Below, in pieces: positions 10,839 through 19,949 of a stretch of 49,857 nt of DNA; the stretch's first letter is position 1; each line of letters starts with the position of its first letter. This stretch comes from Barthelona sp. PAP020 (lineage: Eukaryota). The DNA lies in the NCBI GenBank assembly GCA_040182905.1, contig JARQWU010000045.1:1-49857 (forward strand), written 5' to 3'. Below the pieces are notes generated by a model. The model did no database searches, had not been told where the DNA came from, and was given only the letters and a program-made list of their open reading frames with translations. The position numbers and the translations under genes are program-made.

Positions 10839-11004
10839 TCGTTCAAAGGGAAAAATTATTCTTTTTTCCTTTCAAATAAAAAACATGAAAATCATATCAT
10901 TTATAATAAAATAAAACAATAAAAGACTATAAAAGACTAATAATATCTACAATGAAAAGTAAAGAAAAAAAAAAGCCATATTTGAACATCAATTACAACA
11001 AACG

Positions 11005-12585
11005 CTAATTAAAATAATCACTTAAACTCACAACGAATATTTCCTCACTCTTTGAGGGCGTGCTTTCTAATTCAACATTTGTTGCCCACCAAAAACCATT
11101 CACTCTGGAATCTAAAGTGCCTTTTACAATGGAGCCAATTTTACAAATTGAATTTCTGGAAACTTCGATAGAAACCACGGGAAACGTCTCTAAATCATTG
11201 GCGAATTCTTTGTCTAAAAGAATAAAAGAATACATTCTTCCTGTGGGGTTCTTAAAGTGTGCAATGATTGTTCCTTTTACCAAATTACCTTGTAAAGATT
11301 GAACAACACGTGGTTTATGTGCTTGAGCTTTTCCAACATTAGACCAATGAGCCGTAAATGAGACAACATCTCCTCTTCGAAATGACTGATGAGAAGATGA
11401 TTGAATATTTGCACTAAACCACACTTCCATTCCACAACTTAATTTCAAGAATCCAAAATTATTGTTGACAACATTGTAAACAAATCCTGTGTATAATTCA
11501 CCTGCTTGAAATAAATCCGACGTTTGTGGCGGTAATTCACTGAGTTCAATATCAACAGCTTCAGGACCAATATCAATATCATAACTGGCATGGAATGTAA
11601 CTCTGCTGCCAATCAAATATCTGCAATCTTGAGATCCTTTATTGTATCTTTTCTTTTTCATCAATGATCTAGGACCCAATTTAGAAACATAACCCTGATT
11701 TGTGACTTCAACATCCACCTTAAAATTTTCTAACTTGAATATGAAAACTGAATCATCTTCATCAGTGACAATAAATCCAACTAACAATTCAGAAAGATGG
11801 ATAAAGTGTTTGATGACTCCAGTTAATTTTGGCAAAACACTCATTTGAGATGAAGCAATAGAGGAGATAGAAGTGGTTGATAGCAACGATTTTGTACTGT
11901 TTGAACTTTGACTTTGAATATCTGTAGTGTTAGATTTAACGTTTCGGCTTATATTTTGCATAGATGTTGAAGCATCAGAAAGTACAGGCATTGAACTAAA
12001 CCCGACGGTTTGTGGTTCATCCTTCTTCGAAGTTGAAGACATCAAATTTGGCTGTGAAAAATTCAAATTATAGTTATAAAAACCACCAACAGGTGCACTT
12101 GCAGGAAATGTTTGCTTTAACTCTGCATGCAAAGCACTAATGGGTTCATCATCAAAAGAAGTATCAACAACTAATTGCTCATATGAAGGTGAATTGAAAC
12201 TATTAAACATATCATTTTCAGTTGAAAAGGGGAAATCTTCTTCAATGTTGAAGTGACCATTGTCCAAAGAAAAAGGTAATTCTTTTTCCAATGAAATCCC
12301 ATTTTCAATATCCTCCGTTGGAAACATAGGATAAGATGATGTTATTGAAAAAGATTGTTCAATTTCATCAACTAAAGCACTGGGTATTTCTTCATGTGAT
12401 TGATGAGTTAAAGACAGTAAATCATTTTTGAATTTTAATATCTCCCTATTATCTAGATATTTGCTCAATTCACTTGTAGGCATTTGGACTAAATAAAATA
12501 AATTATTGATTTGAGCGTTGAAATGTGGAATCAATTTAGAATACCCATGTTGACGACACCATGAGACTGCATCATTTCCAACCAT
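11005..12585 (-). CDS. Putative nucleic-acid-binding protein: N-terminal SAM-like helical domain, Ser-rich linker and 2-3 C-terminal cold-shock/OB-fold domains
   Basis: YTGFVYNVVNNNFGFLKLSCGMEVWF...FRRGDVVSF...GKAQA resembles a cold-shock domain (RNP1-like FGFL). Similar G-x-I/V starts occur at LTGVIKHF and VKGTIIAHF. The N-terminus VSWCRQHGYSKLIPHF resembles SAM helices 1-2. Confidence 0.6.
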   Translation of the reverse strand: MVGNDAVSWCRQHGYSKLIPHFNAQINNLFYLVQMPTSELSKYLDNREILKFKNDLLSLTHQSHEEIPSALVDEIEQSFSITSSYPMFPTEDIENGISLEKELPFSLDNGHFNIEEDFPFSTENDMFNSFNSPSYEQLVVDTSFDDEPISALHAELKQTFPASAPVGGFYNYNLNFSQPNLMSSTSKKDEPQTVGFSSMPVLSDASTSMQNISRNVKSNTTDIQSQSSNSTKSLLSTTSISSIASSQMSVLPKLTGVIKHFIHLSELLVGFIVTDEDDSVFIFKLENFKVDVEVTNQGYVSKLGPRSLMKKKRYNKGSQDCRYLIGSRVTFHASYDIDIGPEAVDIELSELPPQTSDLFQAGELYTGFVYNVVNNNFGFLKLSCGMEVWFSANIQSSSHQSFRRGDVVSFTAHWSNVGKAQAHKPRVVQSLQGNLVKGTIIAHFKNPTGRMYSFILLDKEFANDLETFPVVSIEVSRNSICKIGSIVKGTLDSRVNGFWWATNVELESTPSKSEEIFVVSLSDYFN

Positions 12586-12800
12586 TTTTTAAAAATTTCC
12601 AAAAATAATGAATGAAAGGGTATTTTTAAAAAAGAATAAAAGATAGAACTTTTTTTTTTTACAAAGAATTCTTTTTCATTTGAATAAATCATTGTTTCTC
12701 AAGTTTGTTTGTGTAAAATAAAGAAAAATGAAGTGGTTTTTTTTCGAACAATTTTCTGTTTGAACAAAAAAATTTTTTTTAAAGACTATCAAATTAATGC

Positions 12801-13895
12801 ATGAATTATTCATGTAGTATATGTCATTTACCATTGAATATAATCAATGAAGATGAAATGATTGAAATGAGAGAAATGAAAGAAATTTTGGACACATTTG
12901 TTCAAGAATGGTCTGATGAATTAGATATAAATCCAATTATATGTGAAAAGTGTTTTCAGAATTTAATTGGGAAAATTGAAAATGAATGTCAAGAGATTGA
13001 AAATGAAATTGGTTTATTAGAAAGTTCAAAAAAAACTGCCATTAATTATATAAATGCAAACAGTACTGAAAGGGAAAATAGTACTGAGGAAATAAAGAAA
13101 GAATTGGATTTACTGTTTGAAGAAGAAAACAAGCTATTGGAAGAAAACCAAAGATTAAAGCAAGAAAAGATCAAACAACAAGAAAATTTGAAAGATTTGT
13201 TGCTTTTAAATTCCATATTTGAGGACAACTTAGAAAAATATTGGAAGAATTTATCAAGTTATGAAGATACTGTTTTTGACTTGATTCAAGAAAATCAAGC
13301 CAAATCAAGAGAATATGAACAATTAAATATTCAAATTGAAAATTTAAAAGCTACCGATCCTTTGAAAGACGTTTTCAATATCAATTATTCAAATGCTACA
13401 ATCATTGGTATTCCATTCAATGAAAAGGCGAATTGGGATGAAATAAATGCTGCTTGGGGACATATTTGTTTATTAATGGAAAGAATCAGATTAGAATCAG
13501 GGTTTAATTGGACAAATATTGAAATCATTCCTAGAGGCTCATATTCTATTATTACTTTGTTTCAAAAATTTAATGTAAATAAAAAACAGGAGGATTTTCC
13601 ATTGTTTGGGCAAAAATGGGGCTTTTTTGGCAACAACGAACGAAATCGTTATTTGAGAGCTCAGGAATTGTTTATTACGGTCTTTAATGATTTGGCTTCT
13701 TTTGTCATGGCAAACGCTTCTTTAAAAACAGAATCAAATTGTTCTTTACAACTGCCGAAAAGAATAGATGGAGATGGTAATATTGGTGGTGTTCCTTTGC
13801 AACATAAAAACATTGGTGATGAATGTTTAGCCTTCTATTATCTCTTGGAAGATTTGCAGTTCTTAATTACAGTGTTACAAAACACTCAAGTATGA
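12801..13895 (+). CDS. ATG6: Beclin-1/ATG6/Vps30 homologue
   Basis: N-terminal CxxC, PIICEKC (cf. HPLCEEC), a long coiled coil, then NWDEINAAWGHICLLM and IIPRGSYS of the BARA domain. Confidence 0.85.
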   Translation: MNYSCSICHLPLNIINEDEMIEMREMKEILDTFVQEWSDELDINPIICEKCFQNLIGKIENECQEIENEIGLLESSKKTAINYINANSTERENSTEEIKKELDLLFEEENKLLEENQRLKQEKIKQQENLKDLLLLNSIFEDNLEKYWKNLSSYEDTVFDLIQENQAKSREYEQLNIQIENLKATDPLKDVFNINYSNATIIGIPFNEKANWDEINAAWGHICLLMERIRLESGFNWTNIEIIPRGSYSIITLFQKFNVNKKQEDFPLFGQKWGFFGNNERNRYLRAQELFITVFNDLASFVMANASLKTESNCSLQLPKRIDGDGNIGGVPLQHKNIGDECLAFYYLLEDLQFLITVLQNTQV

Positions 13896-14050
13896 AGAAT
13901 TTTTATGTATTGTAAATTTTTGTTTTATTTTTCAAGTTTGATACCATCCTTATTCTCTTTGGTTTTATCAAAAAATATTTATAAAAAAAAACTATCCATG
14001 ATGAAAAAAGAAAAGTACTGGTTCAAATTTCATTCACTTTTTTTTCCAAA

Positions 14051-14568
14051 ATGAAAAATCAATTACGTATCAACAAAGAAATTCAGGGTTTACATGAAAT
14101 GAATGCTAACCCTATTGATGGTATTAAAGGAAGAGTAGTTGGTGATGATATTAATCACCTTGAAGCTATTATCAAAGGACCTGTATTCATTTACTTGTAC
14201 AATATTCTAATTTTTAGCCTGAAACTCCTTATGAAAGCGGAGTGTTTTTAATTGATATCACTATTCCTGAAAGGTTTCCTTTTGATATGCCTACATTTAC
14301 TATGGTAACCCCATGTTACCATCCTAATATCAGTCATAGGGGTGAAATTTGTTTGGATTCGATTAAAGAAAATTGGAAACCTCAAAATCGTATCACTTAT
14401 TGTTTGATTACAATTCAACAATTATTAGCATCTCCTAATCATGAACATTATTTGAATCAAGAAGCTGCCACTCTCCTTTCTGGCAATTCACAAAATTTTG
14501 ACTCTGAAGTCAGGTGTCGAGTTCAATCTCATTCCACTGTAATTAATTTTGATGATTGGAATGCTTGA
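14051..14568 (+). CDS. Ubiquitin-conjugating enzyme E2; join(14051..14182,14218..14568)
   Basis: Removing the 35-nt intron GTATTC...CTAATTTTTAG (14183-14217) joins two track ORFs into IKGPPETPYESGVF...YHPNISHRGEICLDSIKENW, which has the HPN motif and catalytic Cys. Confidence 0.92.
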
Positions 14569-14689
14569 AATTAATTTCATCTCTTATTGTAAATTAAAGA
14601 ACCACATTTTTGTTTATTTTTCCAAACTCTTCTTCTGTGATATTTTTGTGTAATTCAAATATGATGAACATTTATTCCAAAAAAAAAAA

Positions 14690-17600
14690 GTGTTCGTAGC
14701 AAAGCGGACGGATTTCACGTAAAAGACAATATAAATGTGTTTAAGGTTTCTTCTTGCAATTTCTGATATTAATGGATATCAAAATTGAAAGTGAAATAAC
14801 AACAAAGAATCAAATGATTCAGGGTAATAAGGATGCAAGTGTGCATAGTAGGTTAGCAAGGAATTACATGGTTTCATCAAGGAAACCCAGAGAAGAACAA
14901 TCAAAATTTATTGGCAAGAAGGGAAAAGATTATTAAACTTTTATTTAGATAATCGCCCCATCCACACCTAAAGTATTTCAAAATGGTTATGGAAAAAGAA
15001 ATCGTGGATGACGCCGAAGCAATGGATGAAAGGGTTAATTTATGCACAGAAAACCTAGCTATTCTCCAGGCAAAACTTAGCATGATGACTGAAAACTTTG
15101 AGTCACTTGCTGGAGGGAAAAAGGATAGCAAGAGATCTAAACCCAAGGATGAATACACGGGAGAAAGGGTTCTCAAAAAAATGTTTGACCACCAACAATG
15201 GTTAGAGGAGATTTTCGGTGAAATCTCTTTTAAAGAAACATGTTCTGGACGTTTCAATCATAAAAAACTTCAGTTCATGATCCCAATCGCTCTGTTCATG
15301 GGAGACATGTTCAGAGCATTAAATTTAAAAGATTTTGATCTCTCTCCTGCACTTGAAGACATCAAAATTGTCTTAAAAAAATTCTTAAGAAGTGAGTGGT
15401 GGGAAAGTTCAATCAAACATCAATTGATGAATTTAAGTTGCATACATCAATTGTTTTGGGAATATAGGGAACCAAAAGAACGGTTCAAAAACAAGAAGAA
15501 GAATAAATTCAGGTCAATAGAAGAAAGAATTGACAAAAAAATTGACCAATTACTGTTAAAAAAGGAGCAGGTGGTAGTCCAAAATGAGACTATGAAAACT
15601 TTAAAAAAGGATTTAAAGAAAATTAAGCCACCAGAACGCTCAGAAAAAGAAGAAAAAATTTTTACAGAAGAGGTTCAAAATCCTCCAAATTTTATTTTAA
15701 AGAGGGATTCCATTCAAATAGTTCCAAATTCTAATTGTGATGGAAACTGGAATCCTGATGAATTCATAAAGTTAACAAAAGCGTTGCATTACACAAAGGA
15801 ACAGCAAGCTTTTATAAAAGAAATTGTTACTGGTGCTCCAACATTAGTTGATCCGGAACTCACAGGTTCAAATGAAGTGGATCACTGGGCTGGGAGTCAG
15901 ATAAATAAAGTATTAGAAAAATGGACAGAAGGCAATAATAATGTGTTAAAAGAATACAATGGTCCAATCATAAAAAATGCAGCTTTAGGCGCTGTACCTA
16001 AATCAGATGGAACAATAAGACCCATTCTGGATTGCACGCCTATGAACTCGGTCAGCATGTTGTGGCCACACGAGTTAAACTGTTATAGGTATTTTCCTTT
16101 AATACCTAAATTCGCTGCAGTACTGGACATAAAAGATGGGTATACTCACATACCTTTAAGTGAAGATTGGCTACCAATGACGGTAGTAGAAGTGGAAACA
16201 AAGAAGTATGCAGCCCAAAGATTACCTTTTGGGTCTGCTGTTTCTGCACAATTATTTTCAATGGCCCTACAAGTTCCCGTTGATGCTGCTAGAGCAAATG
16301 GAGTATTCGTCTTGCAATACGTTGACGATCTGCTCATCGGCGGAGATACTTTAGAAGAATGCAAAAAGAATACAAAAATCATGATGAATTTGCTAAAACA
16401 GGTGGGGTTTAAAGTTAAAGAATCAAAGATCCAGAAGCCATGCACTGAAGTAGAATATCTTGGCTTCAAGATTAATACCAAAGAAAGGGTAATTAGCTTA
16501 CCAAAGGAAAAAAGAAATGCAATGCTGGATATGCTAAACGGATTAACAATTCAAGGAGCGATCTCGCTCGAAGGAAAACTACAATCAGCCAGCATTGTTT
16601 CACAAAAATACAGAGGAATTGCTTTAGAGTTAGGAAACGTTATTCACTACAAGAAACATTATTTTGGTGCAAAAGACTTGAAAGAATTAATTACAAAATA
16701 TGGACACTTAAAAATTGAAATTACTGAAAATCTGAAGGATAAAATTGAAAAGTTGCTTAGCATAGAGTTAAAGGGAGAATTATGTCCCAGAGTTGTGACA
16801 GGAATAATCGCTACAGATGCTTCGTTGAAAGGAATAGGTTGGGTTTTGGAACAAAAAGACCAAAGCAGACCATTAATGCATAAACAAGAGGTTTCCAGTG
16901 GAGAAACAAACATCGCAGTTATTGAATTAGAAGCGCTATGGCAAGCATTATTAAAGATGAAGAAGCAAGCTAAGGACGCGTGCTGGGTATGGTTGATTGA
17001 CAACCAAAACGCCTTAGCAGCATTTAGAAAACAGAAAAGTTCGAGTATGAAGCTATCTACGTTATCGAAGAAAATATGGGAATTGATTGAATCACTGAAT
17101 TGTCAAGTGATTCCATTTTGGATACCAACAAAAAAGAATACAATAGCAGATATGCTTTCCCGAGGGAAAACAATGAAGATTTCGAAAGGAGTCGTGTTTA
17201 CAGACATATCGTTATGTCCAGAAGAATTCAAAATACCGTCATACATGTATCCTTCATACACAGCATTGAGAATGTGTCCTCGAGTGAAGAATAGAACAGG
17301 AAAAAACTTACAAGGAAAATCAAGGTCAATAAGAAGAATTTTAGATAGAACAAGAATAAGAACTGGGAAATTCCCAGATGAGATTAAAGAAGATTTATGG
17401 AAAGAAGATTTAAATGAAGAAGAAGAAGAAAATGAAGAATTAGAAAAATTGAAAGATGAGAGAAATATTAAGGATGAAGAGACATTAGATGAAGAATGGG
17501 CCGCAATAGGTTATGATTCAATATTGTTTTACACAGCCGTGCAGAAAATAGGTACAAAGATGTACTACAAAGAAACAGTGGAGAATGTAGTTTTAGATTT

Positions 17601-18940
17601 GATTCTTAGAGCTGCAAGGTTTGGCGTTAATGTGGAAGTAAAAGGAATAGAGGCAGAGTCTTACCCTGCCTGGAGATCGTTGGTGAAATTTTGCGATGGA
17701 AACAGAAGTATCCAAATAGAAAGTGGAAAGTTCCAACAATTATTTAATTCACAGACAAACTGTTACGATGATGTAGAGAAAGAATTCACAAGATACAGAT
17801 GGGATGATTCCCTTGTGTGGGAAACCATGAAACTAGGAGTTGCAAAGTCAACATGGGATCAATACGAAGGATATTACACAAGATTCTTGAATTACTGCAA
17901 GAAAAGAGGAAGGATAGATGACTTGGATAAAATTGATCATGAGCTGGAATCACTGGCACATGAGTTCGTAGACACGGAAGGTTTAAAGAGAAATGATAAC
18001 GGAAACTACAAGATGAAAGCAGAGACGCTTGGTAGAATATATGCAGGAATAGTATACTTTTGGAAAGCCATTGGCTGGAATGCAGGTGGTGGATTTATGA
18101 ATATGAAGAAGATGATGCTAGCCAAGCACAAAAGATTAAGACCCCCGACGGCAGAAGATCACCGACCGAAGACTGCAATAAGAAGAAAGCAGTTGGTAGA
18201 CTTTTGTCGATACATGATAGAAAACAGTAAACAGGATAAAGAAATGATTAACGACATGTTGGATGCAGCATGTACGTTGTATTTCACTTGCTCGAGAAGA
18301 AGTGATTTGGAAAGTGGTTCAATTGAAGTGAAGGTTGGGCCAAAGACAGTTTTAATGTTTATATACTGTAAGAAGGTGAAAAGTATTAAAGAAGTATCCC
18401 TATTTTGGACAGAATTAGAAGGAAAGGGAGGATTCGAAAAGCGATTGTTAGATAGTTATAAAACAAGAATAAGAAGAGGACAGGTAATAAGCCTGACAAA
18501 TAATGTTGAGAAAATTAAAGAAATTAATGAAAATTTATCGAAAGAATTAAAGAAGTTCTGTAAGGAAAGGAACTTCAATTATCCACTGGCTCTTCACTCG
18601 TTTAGAAGAGGAAGGGCCAGGGCTTTGTTCAAGGCTTTAGAAAATGGGGATCGTGCCGGTGATATAGACGTACTGAAACAAATGGGTGGATGGAAGTCTG
18701 TTCAAATGGCCGAGTTGTACGCAGCTCATTCGGTTTACGTGGATTCGATTCAGAATAATTCTGGACAAGAGTGTTCTGAACCATCCACGCAAAACGACTC
18801 AGTTGCAAGTACCCCCAAACTCTAACCGAGAACAATAAAGATCTTCATAAACATTTATTATTATTGTCGTGTGAAATTTCCCCAACCCCAGTTGGTAAAT
18901 AAATTAAAGCCTTTAATTTTGCCCTTTCGTCTAACATGAA
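14690..18940 (+). mobile_element. Tyrosine-recombinase (DIRS-order) retrotransposon, apparently intact; boundaries approximate
   Basis: Carries RT, RNase H and tyrosine recombinase domains. Imperfect inverted repeats lie at 14712-14743 and 18848-18877, and the purine-rich, intronless composition differs from the flanks. Confidence 0.85.
14983..18825 (+). CDS. Single-ORF polyprotein (1280 aa): Gag-like/coiled-coil N-terminus, reverse transcriptase, RNase H, linker, tyrosine recombinase
   Basis: RT: AVPKSDGTIRPILD, LDIKDGYTHI, RLPFG, YVDD (16318-16329), EYLGF. DIRS-type RNase H: TDAS (~16813), ELEA, DNQ, NTIADMLSR. Recombinase: STWDQY..RFLNYC, CSRRSDL, HSFRRG (18595), GGWKS, MAELY (Tyr at 18718). 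Confidence 0.93.
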   Translation: MVMEKEIVDDAEAMDERVNLCTENLAILQAKLSMMTENFESLAGGKKDSKRSKPKDEYTGERVLKKMFDHQQWLEEIFGEISFKETCSGRFNHKKLQFMIPIALFMGDMFRALNLKDFDLSPALEDIKIVLKKFLRSEWWESSIKHQLMNLSCIHQLFWEYREPKERFKNKKKNKFRSIEERIDKKIDQLLLKKEQVVVQNETMKTLKKDLKKIKPPERSEKEEKIFTEEVQNPPNFILKRDSIQIVPNSNCDGNWNPDEFIKLTKALHYTKEQQAFIKEIVTGAPTLVDPELTGSNEVDHWAGSQINKVLEKWTEGNNNVLKEYNGPIIKNAALGAVPKSDGTIRPILDCTPMNSVSMLWPHELNCYRYFPLIPKFAAVLDIKDGYTHIPLSEDWLPMTVVEVETKKYAAQRLPFGSAVSAQLFSMALQVPVDAARANGVFVLQYVDDLLIGGDTLEECKKNTKIMMNLLKQVGFKVKESKIQKPCTEVEYLGFKINTKERVISLPKEKRNAMLDMLNGLTIQGAISLEGKLQSASIVSQKYRGIALELGNVIHYKKHYFGAKDLKELITKYGHLKIEITENLKDKIEKLLSIELKGELCPRVVTGIIATDASLKGIGWVLEQKDQSRPLMHKQEVSSGETNIAVIELEALWQALLKMKKQAKDACWVWLIDNQNALAAFRKQKSSSMKLSTLSKKIWELIESLNCQVIPFWIPTKKNTIADMLSRGKTMKISKGVVFTDISLCPEEFKIPSYMYPSYTALRMCPRVKNRTGKNLQGKSRSIRRILDRTRIRTGKFPDEIKEDLWKEDLNEEEEENEELEKLKDERNIKDEETLDEEWAAIGYDSILFYTAVQKIGTKMYYKETVENVVLDLILRAARFGVNVEVKGIEAESYPAWRSLVKFCDGNRSIQIESGKFQQLFNSQTNCYDDVEKEFTRYRWDDSLVWETMKLGVAKSTWDQYEGYYTRFLNYCKKRGRIDDLDKIDHELESLAHEFVDTEGLKRNDNGNYKMKAETLGRIYAGIVYFWKAIGWNAGGGFMNMKKMMLAKHKRLRPPTAEDHRPKTAIRRKQLVDFCRYMIENSKQDKEMINDMLDAACTLYFTCSRRSDLESGSIEVKVGPKTVLMFIYCKKVKSIKEVSLFWTELEGKGGFEKRLLDSYKTRIRRGQVISLTNNVEKIKEINENLSKELKKFCKERNFNYPLALHSFRRGRARALFKALENGDRAGDIDVLKQMGGWKSVQMAELYAAHSVYVDSIQNNSGQECSEPSTQNDSVASTPKL

Positions 18941-19028
18941 AGCTTTTATAATCATTTTCTGTTTTACAGCATGAATTAAGGTTATTTCCAAAACTCGATC
19001 CTGCTTCCTTGTTTTTTTTTTTGAAAAA

Positions 19029-19101
19029 TGGACTATCAGGGCGTCGATCCCCGTGCCTCCCGCATGCTAAGCGGGTGCTCTACCAGGTGAGCTAATAGCC
19101 C
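19029..19101 (-). tRNA. tRNA-Ala (anticodon AGC)
   Basis: Reverse complement GGGCTATTAGCTCACCTGGTAGAGCACCCGCTTAGCATGCGGGAGGCACGGGGATCGACGCCCTGATAGTCCA, 73 nt: G3:U70 acceptor stem, anticodon arm CCCGC-TTAGCAT-GCGGG, Ala-type GATCGA T-loop, followed by a TTTTT Pol III terminator. Confidence 0.96.
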
Positions 19102-19376
19102 ATATAACAACAAAAATTTTTTTTAAATGAACAATTTGGTGTGAAGAACATTTGATTTTGTTGTTAATCATTACTACCATTATTTGACCTTCTTGAGAAA
19201 TTCACTAGTAGCAGTTAACATTTGTTCTTCGTTGGATAAAGTTTTTTTTATCTTTATGAATTGGGGTTGATGTTTTCAAACCTGGTATCAACAACAAAAT
19301 GGGAAAGAATTCTCTCCTCAAACACAACAAAAATTGGAAATCGTATCAGGGATCTTTCACTTCTGTTTTGAAGATT

Positions 19377-19702
19377 ATTGGTCCAGTTATGAAACAAATA
19401 CATTATTTACAAAGAAAGTAAACTCAGAAAACTCATTCTAGCAAATTTCAGTCAAAATCTCAGGAGGGGAATTGAGGGACTGAAATGTAATTGGAACAAT
19501 CAAGTAGGAGAATTTCGGAGAAATTCTTTATTCCTATTTTTTTGTATTTTTGCAAAAACAAAATTTTAAAGATTGAACTTTACCTTAGAAAATTTAAAGT
19601 TATTCAACAGATCAATCGGGCCTCAAAAGCCTTTAACCAAATAAACACTATTCTTTATATTTTCACTCATACTCACAGTGCTTTTTGTCTTGGAAATAAT
19701 TA
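19377..19702 (+). repeat. Dispersed ~320-bp repeat, copy 1 (inverted relative to copy 2)
   Basis: Aligns with the reverse complement of 25261-25577, sharing for example ATTCCTATTTTTTTGTATTTTTGC, AACTTTACCTTAGAAAAT, TCAACAGATCAATCGGGCCTC and AACCAAATAAACACTATTCTTT. Confidence 0.9.
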
Positions 19703-19949
19703 GCTCAAAGCTGGCTTCAAAGTTCTCGATTTGACATAAACAACAAAATCAATCATATATCTTTACAAAAGTGTGTGGTTATGAAACATATGTCCAAACA
19801 AAGCAAGCACCGAACATTTCCTGCGCCTCTAATACATAAAAACTTGGAACACAAACATACTGAACACAAACAGCAACATAATGAAATCATCTCTATTGTG
19901 AAAAGTTGAATGAAAGAGTGTGATGCTTGTTAAAAAGGAAAGCATTGGA

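Noticed and set aside
14754..14936. 60-aa ORF upstream of the retroelement polyprotein as a separate gag or spliced first exon
   Set aside because: It is short with no motif, an in-frame TAA at 14950 precedes the main ATG, and no GTATT...CTAAY..AG intron links the two. It may be a uORF, but this is unsupported.
19491..19703. 70-aa ORF and its similar partner at 25250-25486
   Set aside because: Both have non-ATG starts and their frames diverge at the ends; the similarity reflects a non-coding DNA repeat.
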